Part shown: positions 27,041 through 35,683 of the stretch, in pieces
Layout of the letters: each line of letters opens with the position of its first letter
Numbering within the stretch: position 1 is the stretch's first letter
Assembly: GCA_031370005.1 (NCBI GenBank)
Contig: JANMPT010000097.1
Span: forward strand, 32,001 to 96,000
Reading direction: 5' to 3'
DNA from: Bdellovibrionales bacterium
GTDB lineage: Bacteria; Bdellovibrionota; Bdellovibrionia; Bdellovibrionales; Bdellovibrionaceae
Length of the DNA: 64,000 bases
Notes under the pieces: model-generated
The model's database searches: none
Seen by the model: only the letters and a program-made list of their open reading frames with translations
What the model was told of the DNA's origin: nothing
Made by a program: the position numbers and the translations under genes

Positions 27041-28042
27041 GTGAGGCCCTCATTGTCACAAGAGTTACAACTCGAGATTGAAGAACTTTCTGTACAATTT
27101 AAGACGGACTCCGGCGTGCTTGAGGCCCTTCGACCAATTTCATTTTCCCTTGCAGAAGCCGAAATCCTTGGTGTAGTCGGCGAATCCGGTTCAGGGAAAA
27201 GCATTACAAATTTAGCCCTTATGGGCCTGCTTCCTGACAACGCTCTAATTCATGCTAAAAAAGTTAATTTCAATAAAACTTCCCTAAATTTAAATTCACA
27301 AAAAGAGCTCAGAAAAATACGTGGTTCACAAATCTCCATGATCTTCCAAGATCCAATGACAGCACTAAATCCAAGCCTCACTGTGGGGTATCAAATGATT
27401 GAGACCCTCCGTTGTCACTTCGATATTTCAAAGATAGCAGCCGAGCACAGGGCCATCTCTCTTCTTGAAAGAGTTGGCATCTCAAATGCCATGACTCACT
27501 TAAAATCATATTCATTTGAGCTCTCTGGTGGAATGAGTCAGAGGGTCATGATTGCAATGGCGATCAGTTGCCATCCAAAACTTTTGATTGCTGATGAACC
27601 CACAACAGCGTTGGATGTGACCATTCAGAAACAGATTCTTGATCTTCTTTTAGACCTGCAAAAGGAAAATAGAATGTCCATGATTTTCGTTAGTCATGAT
27701 CTTGCATTAGTGAAAAAATACTCTCAAAGAATTCAGGTTATGTATGCAGGTGCAATTGTTGAAAGCGGCAATACTGTGGATGTAATTAAACAGCCTCGCC
27801 ACCCCTATACTTTTGGACTCTTAAAGGCTCGCCCAAGCGCTCACGAAGGACTTGTTAAGGAGCACCTGTATGCCATTCCAGGCGTGGTCCCTTCGCTGAA
27901 AGAGCGACCTACGGGTTGTCAATTTCATCCACGTTGCTTTAGAAGCACTGAACTTTGCAAAAAACAAGATCCGGAACTAAGAGCTAATTTAGAAAATACA
28001 GCACAAAAATTTGCCTGCCATCACCCTTTGGAGATTTCATGA
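27041..28042 (+). CDS. dppD: Dipeptide ABC transporter ATPase
   Basis: GESGSGKS, LSGGMSQR, ADEPTTALD, HPYT, C-terminal CQFHPRC..C..C. Confidence 0.93.
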   Translation: MRPSLSQELQLEIEELSVQFKTDSGVLEALRPISFSLAEAEILGVVGESGSGKSITNLALMGLLPDNALIHAKKVNFNKTSLNLNSQKELRKIRGSQISMIFQDPMTALNPSLTVGYQMIETLRCHFDISKIAAEHRAISLLERVGISNAMTHLKSYSFELSGGMSQRVMIAMAISCHPKLLIADEPTTALDVTIQKQILDLLLDLQKENRMSMIFVSHDLALVKKYSQRIQVMYAGAIVESGNTVDVIKQPRHPYTFGLLKARPSAHEGLVKEHLYAIPGVVPSLKERPTGCQFHPRCFRSTELCKKQDPELRANLENTAQKFACHHPLEIS

Positions 28043-28800
28043 GTCTTCTTAAGGTTACAAACTTAAAAAAATCTTACATTACAAAGAATCTTTTTGGCCC
28101 GCAACGTGAGCAGAAAATTCTAAAAGGCATTTCTTTTGAACTCTCTGAAAATCAAATTCTCGGGATTGTTGGCGAGTCCGGCTGTGGAAAAAGCACCCTC
28201 GCAAAGGTACTTACTCGTCTTGAACCCTTTAGTGGTGGTGAAATTACATTTACTGGAAAAGATCTCAAATCTTTTTCACCAAAAGAATTTCCATATCAGA
28301 TTCAAATGGTTTTCCAAGACCCTTATCAATCTCTCAACCCTCGAAAAAAGGCTTGGGAGATTATTGCAGATCCTATTCTGGTCACAGAAAATATTTCTCG
28401 ACTTGAAGCCAAGCAAAGAGCCCTTCAGATGATGAAAAAAGTGGGCCTATTGGCTGAAACCTGCGAACGCTATCCTCACCAATTTAGCGGTGGCCAGAGA
28501 CAACGTCTTGGTATTGCACGGGCATTGATGCTAAGACCTAAGCTGCTTATTCTGGATGAACCCGTATCCGCCCTTGATGTTTCTATTCAAGCCCAAGTAC
28601 TTAATCTGCTTTTGGATTTACAAAAAGAGTTTCAACTGAGCATGATTTTTATTTCCCATGATCTTTCAGTGGTCAAACATATCTCGGATCGAACTTTGGT
28701 TCTTTATTTCGGTGAGATAGTAGAGATGGGGCCTAGTCGCGAGATTTTTGAAAGACCTCAGCATAGCTATACACGAAAGCTGCTAGAAAGTGCGCCTTAA
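28039..28800 (+). CDS. dppF: Dipeptide ABC transporter ATPase
   Basis: GESGCGKST, FSGGQRQR, LDEPVSALD, HSYT. Confidence 0.92.
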   Translation: MSLLKVTNLKKSYITKNLFGPQREQKILKGISFELSENQILGIVGESGCGKSTLAKVLTRLEPFSGGEITFTGKDLKSFSPKEFPYQIQMVFQDPYQSLNPRKKAWEIIADPILVTENISRLEAKQRALQMMKKVGLLAETCERYPHQFSGGQRQRLGIARALMLRPKLLILDEPVSALDVSIQAQVLNLLLDLQKEFQLSMIFISHDLSVVKHISDRTLVLYFGEIVEMGPSREIFERPQHSYTRKLLESAP

Positions 28801-28805
28801 GAACT

Positions 28806-29600
28806 CTAACTATGCTTTGCCTGATTTTGTGTAGGCAATATGCTTTTACGATAGACCTCACAGTCATTAATTTCACCTTCAGTAAAACCGGCTTTGAGTC
28901 GAAGGTCCCGATTAATTTTTTCCATCCGCTTAGGTAGTCTCATGCGAAGAGATTCCATGCGCTGAGGAAAGTCTCTTGCTGCATCGATTTCCTGGAATTT
29001 ACAAATCTTTCGATACCACTGGGAGCCAAAATCAACATGTCCAATTTCTTCAAAGTTAATTTGAGCAACAATTTTTCGAGTGTTCTTGCCATCATTTACA
29101 CCGTCAAGTCGCTGAATTAGGTAGCTACCGGCATCCAAGCCGCTGCCTTCAAGGTAACGGTGGACGATCAAAATACGATCTAAAAGAGAGTCTTCGGCGC
29201 TGACGGCATCCCATAGAGCACAGTGAATTGGCCAGTCTCCCCACTTAAACCCAAGATCATGAATTCCCTCTAAGCATAGGCGCAGATGGTTGCCCTCTGA
29301 CAATGTGATTGCCATAAGCTCCTCACGAAACTTCATTGGCGCATTTGGAAACTCAGCCAGTGTGCGAAGACCAAGTTCCATGGCCTGAAGTTCAATACTT
29401 GCTAAATCATGAAGCATTCGAGCTTGTCCCTCGACTTTTGAAAAACCCAATTTAGGAGGGTGGAGTTTGGTGTCTAGGACCTCAATATCCCTTCCTGGAT
29501 ACCTCGGAATGGCAAAAGTGCCCCCTTCTAGCAGGTATTCGCATGATTTTTGAATATTTTTAATCTTTTCCCACACATTCTGGGTCTCTATTGAAAACAT
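28806..29600 (-). CDS. DUF455 ferritin-like (di-iron) protein
   Basis: LHDLASIELQA, EGNH, LEGSGLD, EEIGHVDFGSQWY. Likely start ATG 29600. Confidence 0.8.
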   Translation of the reverse strand: MFSIETQNVWEKIKNIQKSCEYLLEGGTFAIPRYPGRDIEVLDTKLHPPKLGFSKVEGQARMLHDLASIELQAMELGLRTLAEFPNAPMKFREELMAITLSEGNHLRLCLEGIHDLGFKWGDWPIHCALWDAVSAEDSLLDRILIVHRYLEGSGLDAGSYLIQRLDGVNDGKNTRKIVAQINFEEIGHVDFGSQWYRKICKFQEIDAARDFPQRMESLRMRLPKRMEKINRDLRLKAGFTEGEINDCEVYRKSILPTQNQAKHS

Positions 29601-29662
29601 ATAACCTTTTACATCCTGCGGCCTCTCTTGCCAAAGATTTCCGAATTTGATTTTATACTGCA

Positions 29663-30364
29663 ATGGGAAAATCATGGAAAACAGCCGGAAAAGTAGAAAA
29701 GGCCATGCAAAAAGGCCAAATATTCACCAAACTCGCGCGTGAAATTTCTGTCGCGGCAAAAGCTGGTGGACCTGACCCCGCAGCCAATTCACGTCTTCGC
29801 CTCGCCATCGATGATGCAAAAAAAATGTCTTGTCCTAATGACACTATTGAACGCGCAATAAAAAAAGGGGCCGGACTGCTTGACGATGGTAAAATCATCG
29901 AAGAAGTGGTTTACGAAGGCTATGGCCCCCATGGCGTCGGTGTAATCGTTGAGTGCCAGACGGATAATAAAAACCGGACAGCCTCAGAAATCCGTCATGC
30001 CTTTAAATCCCATGACGGAAATATGGGTGAAAGCGGAAGTGTTGCTTGGATGTTTGAGCATGTGGGTTATCTTGTGGCTACAAAATCTGGAAACTTTGAT
30101 CCTGACGAAGAAGCTATTGAAGCCGGCGCTAATGAAGTCTATAAAAACGACGATAAGTCATATGAGTTTTATACAAGCCATGATGATCTCATTAGCGTAA
30201 ACGAATCTCTTACAAAGCGCGGGTGGAAAGTCACAACTTCAGAGCTTTCCTACAAAGCTAAAACGCCGACAGTATTAGATGATGGTCAACAAAAAGAGGT
30301 CGAAACATTTCTAAACTATCTCGACGATCTCGACGATACTCATAAAGTACATGCGACTCTTTAG
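29663..30364 (+). CDS. yebC: YebC/PmpR family protein
   Basis: FTKLAREI, GGPDP..NSRLR, YEGYGPHGV, TDNKNRT, GSVAWMF. Confidence 0.95.
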   Translation: MGKSWKTAGKVEKAMQKGQIFTKLAREISVAAKAGGPDPAANSRLRLAIDDAKKMSCPNDTIERAIKKGAGLLDDGKIIEEVVYEGYGPHGVGVIVECQTDNKNRTASEIRHAFKSHDGNMGESGSVAWMFEHVGYLVATKSGNFDPDEEAIEAGANEVYKNDDKSYEFYTSHDDLISVNESLTKRGWKVTTSELSYKAKTPTVLDDGQQKEVETFLNYLDDLDDTHKVHATL

Positions 30365-30383
30365 TCGATAAATTTTAAAAAGA

Positions 30384-31250
30384 TCAGTGCTTCTTGAGTG
30401 CTTCTGAAATATAAGAGATTTGTGTCACGTCTTCACCGCGACAACCATCCTCAGGACAATGGTTACTCATTTGGCAGCCATTAACTGCGTCATAGGCAAA
30501 ATCGTTTTCACCGCGCACCAAGATTCCAACCACTTCTAAAGTATCTTGGTTAAAAACTGCTGATCCAGAGTTTCCGCCATAAGTGTCTAGGTTTGCAGTA
30601 AAGAATTCAGGCTCTACACTACGAACAATCCCCTTATCTGTCACTTTAGTAGGAATTCCCGAGGGATGACCAACAGTGAATAAACCGTCACCAACCTTGA
30701 CTTGAGATTTTGTCAAAGTCAAAACTCGATGTCCGCGTACAGGCCGATCTAATTTTACAAGAGCATAATCCTGGGCTCCAGTTTGTTCTCTTTCTAAAAC
30801 CTGCTTACAGCTATAGACCTCAGAGCTATTTACATCATTTGGCGCTTGATTCTGCTCTGACATTCGATATGAAAATACAAAGCTGCTTCGCGGGCAACCA
30901 GAGTCATCGATACAGTGACCCGCTGTTGCGACCAGGTCGTCACCAACCAAAAATGCAGAACAAAATGCACCAGATGGCTCTAATGCAAAACGCTCAGTAC
31001 TGCATAGACTAGCAGCTTTTTGAAACGTTTCAGCCCTCACAGAAGTAGTTCCATTTGGCTTAGACCTGAGACTTGAATTACTGATCACTGCCGCCGTGCT
31101 ATCAGCAACTTCACGGACATCAGATCTTGTCACCTGGTAAAACTGCATACGATTGTCATCGCCATAAATTACTTTATCTTGGATTTTTGCGACTGCAATT
31201 GGAGAAAGAAAATAACAAATGGCAACAAAGAGAACTGCCTTGATCACCAA
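30384..31250 (-). CDS. Secreted trypsin-like serine protease
   Basis: Signal peptide, VIYGDDNR, catalytic triad TAGHC / DYALV / GGNSGS. Confidence 0.92.
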   Translation of the reverse strand: MVIKAVLFVAICYFLSPIAVAKIQDKVIYGDDNRMQFYQVTRSDVREVADSTAAVISNSSLRSKPNGTTSVRAETFQKAASLCSTERFALEPSGAFCSAFLVGDDLVATAGHCIDDSGCPRSSFVFSYRMSEQNQAPNDVNSSEVYSCKQVLEREQTGAQDYALVKLDRPVRGHRVLTLTKSQVKVGDGLFTVGHPSGIPTKVTDKGIVRSVEPEFFTANLDTYGGNSGSAVFNQDTLEVVGILVRGENDFAYDAVNGCQMSNHCPEDGCRGEDVTQISYISEALKKH

Positions 31251-31335
31251 AACCCTCCTGGTTTTTTAAAAGGTACTTCATGCACCTCTTTTGATTCTGT
31301 AAATAGAAATGATGAAGGTCAAATATTTATGGCTT

Positions 31336-31770
31336 TTAATGCGAATTCAAGACGTAGGCAAAGGCCGTCGCATAATGACGAATTTGCTTAAGCATCGAGT
31401 GCAGACCACTAGATCTGCTTGGAGATAACTTCCCCTCAAAGCCTAGAGTTTTTAAAAACTCTGGGGGGGTTTGTAAAATTTCGCTTGGACTGGCTCCAGA
31501 GTAAATACGCAAGAGTAAAGCTACAAGCCCCTTAACAATCATCGCGTCACTATCCCCTTGAAGAATCATTTCACCCTGAGGGGTCAGTCGTGCATGCAAC
31601 CAGACTTGTGACTGACAGCCTCTAACTTTGTTTTCCTCAGTTTTAAGATCACTAGGCATATCTGGAAGCTGACGTCCCATTTCAATAATTTTCTTATAGC
31701 GATCTTCCCAGTCCTTCAAACTTTCGAATTCGCTAACGATTTGCTTTTGGCGGTCTGCTATTATGGACAT
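31336..31770 (-). CDS. sufE: SufE-family sulfur acceptor
   Basis: DWEDRYK, VRGCQSQVW, GDSDAMIVKGL, LSPSR. Confidence 0.95.
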   Translation of the reverse strand: MSIIADRQKQIVSEFESLKDWEDRYKKIIEMGRQLPDMPSDLKTEENKVRGCQSQVWLHARLTPQGEMILQGDSDAMIVKGLVALLLRIYSGASPSEILQTPPEFLKTLGFEGKLSPSRSSGLHSMLKQIRHYATAFAYVLNSH

Positions 31771-32582
31771 ATTTTTTCAAATGCCTTCCGTAAACGATCT
31801 TCTAGTTGCTTACCAGTATACCCAAGTAAATCACGAAAGGACTTTTTATCTAATCCGACAACAATCTCAAAGGATTTTTTAAAAAAGGCCTCCTGATCAT
31901 CGTAGTAACCATTCCAAAGGTCTCGAGCTTTTTTCTCGGGCATTTTTGAACTTTTCATTTCTGTTTTTGTCGCCTCTTGTCGATTGAGATAATTCAATAA
32001 ATCACTGATTTGTCGCGGAGAAAAATCCAAAATCACCAAAGACTCTTCCATTAAAGCCATCTCGACGTAGGTCAAGTAATTCGAAAGTTCATCCCAAAAT
32101 CTTAAACCCTTAATGCCATAAGAACTCTTGCAATAAAAGCTCGTACAAACAGCTCCACGTTGGCGCCAGATACCACAATTCTGCTGCTCCTTATTATAGT
32201 AAGGACAGAGCCAATCCTCTCTTTGCCCAAATTCATTTTTTTTACGTTGGTTAAGTGCTACTTGATAGTTTGGCGGCGCCACCAAACCCAATGGCAAGCT
32301 GTACTCCCGCTTTGCAATTTTACTCCGAACGCTCGTTAATGCCGAAGCTGCAGATAAAACTTCTTGGCTTAAAATGGCTCCGACAACGTAATTTGGTAAA
32401 AATGGCTGAAAAGTACAACATTTTAAATTGGGCTGATAAAAGATCTCTCCTCGATTTTGAGGTTTTGTCATAATACAATGATCACAAGTCGCCTTGCTTT
32501 CTCTTGGCTCCATCTGCAAGAGATCACTTGGCAGCAGGGCCTCGTAAATACGTGGAATTTGATATTTTAGTTTCACCGACAA
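31761..32582 (-). CDS. Cys-rich hypothetical (YkgJ/CxxCxxCC-like putative Fe-S/Zn protein)
   Basis: ATCDHC, KCCTF, LCPYY, NCGIW, VCTSFYC. Overlaps the sufE start. Confidence 0.65.
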   Translation of the reverse strand: MSVKLKYQIPRIYEALLPSDLLQMEPRESKATCDHCIMTKPQNRGEIFYQPNLKCCTFQPFLPNYVVGAILSQEVLSAASALTSVRSKIAKREYSLPLGLVAPPNYQVALNQRKKNEFGQREDWLCPYYNKEQQNCGIWRQRGAVCTSFYCKSSYGIKGLRFWDELSNYLTYVEMALMEESLVILDFSPRQISDLLNYLNRQEATKTEMKSSKMPEKKARDLWNGYYDDQEAFFKKSFEIVVGLDKKSFRDLLGYTGKQLEDRLRKAFEKICP

Positions 32583-32673
32583 GATTAAAACTCCACATCG
32601 AAATATGCTTATAACACGAACAATCGAGTACCAAAAGTGTCACTTACACCCCTTTATTGGCAATAACAATTAT

Positions 32674-32764
32674 GTTTCAATATGAGATATTTTTATTGTG
32701 TAAAATCATATACTTATAGGCTATATGAAAAGTTTCTTCTAGACTCTTAGGCCCTCAGTTTGCA
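32674..32764 (+). promoter_or_regulatory. Palindrome + IHF-like site + sigma54 promoter
   Basis: GTTTCA-ATA-TGAGAT (32674-32688), AATCATATACTTA (32704-32716), AGGCCCTCAGTTTGCA GG-N10-GC (32749-32764). Confidence 0.55.
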
Positions 32765-32804
32765 ACTTAGATGATTGAGAATACCAACCCACTGAGGAGG
32801 CTTT

Positions 32805-33071
32805 ATGAAAAGGGCTCTAGTTATGACAGTTTTACTAGCAATTTCTTCTACCAGCCTCGCTTGGATTGAAAAAGCCCCTCAACAAAAATCCTATGATTTT
32901 AAGTTCAAACTGAAGTCTGATATATACACATTTACCCGCACAGCCACGAGCTATGAAGAAGCTTACGAAACAGCTGCACAAGCCTGTTTCAAACACTTCA
33001 AAAATGGAAGACATGTGAATGAGGATGAGGGACTGGATATTATCGACGTATGCGCCAATCCACGCTCATAA
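32805..33071 (+). CDS. Small secreted hypothetical protein
   Basis: SD GAGGAGG, signal peptide ending SLA-W, two Cys (ACF..., DVCANPR). Confidence 0.8.
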   Translation: MKRALVMTVLLAISSTSLAWIEKAPQQKSYDFKFKLKSDIYTFTRTATSYEEAYETAAQACFKHFKNGRHVNEDEGLDIIDVCANPRS

Positions 33072-33158
33072 TTATGCGATGCATATTTCACAGAAATTGA
33101 TTCTTTAACTCCCTGCTTTGATTTATAAATTAAGAGCAAATCAACACTCGGGGTATTT

Positions 33159-33353
33159 ATGAGTATTGGATCTAAAGTCTTAGACTTCTTTTTTGGTAAA
33201 GATCCCGATATCTTCGACGAAAAAGGCAATGTCAGCCATAAACTTGCGAAAAAAAAATGGGATGCCTGGTACAATAGAACAAAAACGGACCCTCAATATA
33301 ACTGGCGCAACCATACGGGCATTACCGGAGTTGGTTCTAAGAAAAAATCATAA
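33159..33353 (+). CDS. Small hypothetical protein (64 aa)
   Basis: Fills the gap between genes, GGGG SD-like element, protein-like sequence (DPDIFDEKGNVSH..WDAW..YNWRNH). Confidence 0.6.
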   Translation: MSIGSKVLDFFFGKDPDIFDEKGNVSHKLAKKKWDAWYNRTKTDPQYNWRNHTGITGVGSKKKS

Positions 33354-33378
33354 AATCTTATTAAGCAATTCCCTGTGG

Positions 33379-35682
33379 CTAAAATTCCAAGTATTTCTTA
33401 ATCTCCGTCAATAAAGCTTCTGGAGTTCTACCTGAGGCCTTTAAAATGAAAATATCATTCACTTGGCGCCCCCATGTATGAACTCGCGCTGACTTAATAT
33501 TAAGTCTCATTTTCGCCAAGGATTCTGTTGCTGTAGTTAGAAATCCATTTTGATCTTTACCTTTAAAACTTAAAATCCATTCATTGTCGTCAATAGACAC
33601 CCATTCAATTTGATCATAAATGACTTTTGGAAGTTCCTTCCTTATCCCTTGTGAGTTCTGAAGGATTTTTTCAATCACAATGGTATTTTTTAAGGTACTT
33701 ACTTGAAACCAATCATAGACCCCAACACCTCCTAAAGTTTGAATGGCCGCATGACGAATACCTAGACCCAAAGAATATAAGCGCTGAACATACTCAGCAA
33801 GAAGACCCTCTTGATCTTTCTTTGAATGAAAACGCACCCAGACTTCTTTGCCCTTTTTAAATACAAAAGGCGGTAAAGACTCCGAAGACCCTCTTGCTTT
33901 TTTTAAGTCCTTCGCAAGTACAGTAGCTGACAAACTTTGCAGAAGGAAATCATCAAAGTCTTCAAGTAGATCCTCCAGGCCTTTAAGCTTCTTCTTTTGC
34001 AATGAAACTTTAAGTAAAAAATAATTTTTTGTGCTTGGCGCATCCATTGCTTCAACAAGATCCTTCAGTAGCCGTCCCTTCCACTCATTCCATGCCTCAG
34101 GATTAGTGGCACAGATATCTACCGCAGTGAAAATAGCTAATCGCTTTAAACGTTTCCCTTTAGCGCCGATGGCCTCTAGATGTTCCCAGGTCTTCTTGGC
34201 TTTGGGATTTTTTCTAAATGCCGCAATGGAAAGCTCTAAATGGTTTTTAACCATCCAAGCAACTTCCTCTGTAAATTCCTTCTTAAAACCGTATCTTTTA
34301 AAATCCTTACGAAGAATTTCGACACCATGACTTGAGTGATCCTCCGATAGCAGACCTTTGGCGAGGTCATGATAGAGCGCTGACCACGAAAGGATCATCC
34401 AGTCTTCTTCATTAAGTTCTTTATGAAAAACACGTAAAGACCTTAAGGATTTTGAATTTTTATAGATTTCTTTTAATATCACACAAGCCTGCATAATGTG
34501 CACGTCAGCAGTATAGCGGTGATATTGATCATGCTGAACATAACCTACTAAATGACGGATTGATGGCAAAACCTTATCAATCAAACGAGATTCAAAAATA
34601 CTTACCACCAAATTTTTTGAAATTTCAGGCTTTAGCATCTCCTCCAACACTTGGCCGAACCAAGGATAGCTTTTCGCAATTAGCTTTTCCGGCAAAAGAC
34701 GATCGAGATTCTCTCGAACCTTTTGCTGCCCTAGGGGATCTGGGTACCTTCGCAAAGCCACCATTAAATCTTCAGGTCTGTTAAATTTCAAGTCTTTGGT
34801 CTTCTGAAGTGTAGTATGAGAACTCTGCGCAACTGCAAATACCCAATTCACATAAAAGTGACTTCTTGAAAGTCCACGCTCCAGATCACGCATGAAGTCC
34901 TTGTGATTCTTGAAATTAAAAAACATAGCTAGATCAAATTGTGCCGTACCAACGAGGATTTCACCAAAACCCATTAAATGAAGCTTCTGCCGAAGGGTCA
35001 GGATATAGGCTTTATGATAGTTTAAAACACTCAGAGCATGTTCTGGATTTTGAAACTTTTCAGAAAATAAATCATAAATCTGAAGTGCTTGTTCTATATC
35101 ACGAAGCCCGCCAGGGCCGTACTTAAGATTTGGCTCAAGGTAATTTGAAATAGAGTTATATCTTTCAGCCCTTTGTGTTCTTTCTCGAATTAAATCCTTA
35201 AGAAGTTTAACTCTGAGTTGTTTTTTATTTTTCCATAAAAGCTTTTGCTGCAAAAGTAATTTTGAAGCGGATCCTGAGCTTAAAGGTCTAGCCTTCCATA
35301 GAGCTAGAATATCAAAACTATCAACACCCTCAGTCCAGTCATCTGCGTTTTGAGGCATGCGATAACGGACACGCATGCCCGCTTGATGTAAACGATCAGT
35401 CAGATCCTTAACCGCGGCCTCAGGGCCACAAAACAAAACATCAATATCAGAGAGGGGACAAAGCTCTCCGCGAGACCAGGATCCCAAACTGACAGGCTCA
35501 CAATCAATAAAACCAGGAATAGATTTAAGCTTTTCTTCAAGTTGAGTGCTCAGCCACCCCGCAAACTGGAATCCACCAAAATATGATGTAAAACGAATAT
35601 CTCCGTTTGGGGTCCAGAAAACCGGAGGAAAAACTTCCTTTGCCTTTTCCCATAACTCGCCACTCAGATAAGTCTGACTCAT
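33379..35682 (-). CDS. glnD: GlnD-like [protein-PII] uridylyltransferase / HD / ACT protein (divergent)
   Basis: NTase LGSWSRGELCPLSDIDVL, LEPNLKYGPGGLRDI, QHDQYHRYTADVH, LYHDLAKG, WNEWK, two ACT-like units (DQEGLL, DQNGFL). Confidence 0.8.
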   Translation of the reverse strand: MSQTYLSGELWEKAKEVFPPVFWTPNGDIRFTSYFGGFQFAGWLSTQLEEKLKSIPGFIDCEPVSLGSWSRGELCPLSDIDVLFCGPEAAVKDLTDRLHQAGMRVRYRMPQNADDWTEGVDSFDILALWKARPLSSGSASKLLLQQKLLWKNKKQLRVKLLKDLIRERTQRAERYNSISNYLEPNLKYGPGGLRDIEQALQIYDLFSEKFQNPEHALSVLNYHKAYILTLRQKLHLMGFGEILVGTAQFDLAMFFNFKNHKDFMRDLERGLSRSHFYVNWVFAVAQSSHTTLQKTKDLKFNRPEDLMVALRRYPDPLGQQKVRENLDRLLPEKLIAKSYPWFGQVLEEMLKPEISKNLVVSIFESRLIDKVLPSIRHLVGYVQHDQYHRYTADVHIMQACVILKEIYKNSKSLRSLRVFHKELNEEDWMILSWSALYHDLAKGLLSEDHSSHGVEILRKDFKRYGFKKEFTEEVAWMVKNHLELSIAAFRKNPKAKKTWEHLEAIGAKGKRLKRLAIFTAVDICATNPEAWNEWKGRLLKDLVEAMDAPSTKNYFLLKVSLQKKKLKGLEDLLEDFDDFLLQSLSATVLAKDLKKARGSSESLPPFVFKKGKEVWVRFHSKKDQEGLLAEYVQRLYSLGLGIRHAAIQTLGGVGVYDWFQVSTLKNTIVIEKILQNSQGIRKELPKVIYDQIEWVSIDDNEWILSFKGKDQNGFLTTATESLAKMRLNIKSARVHTWGRQVNDIFILKASGRTPEALLTEIKKYLEF

Positions 35683-35683
35683 G

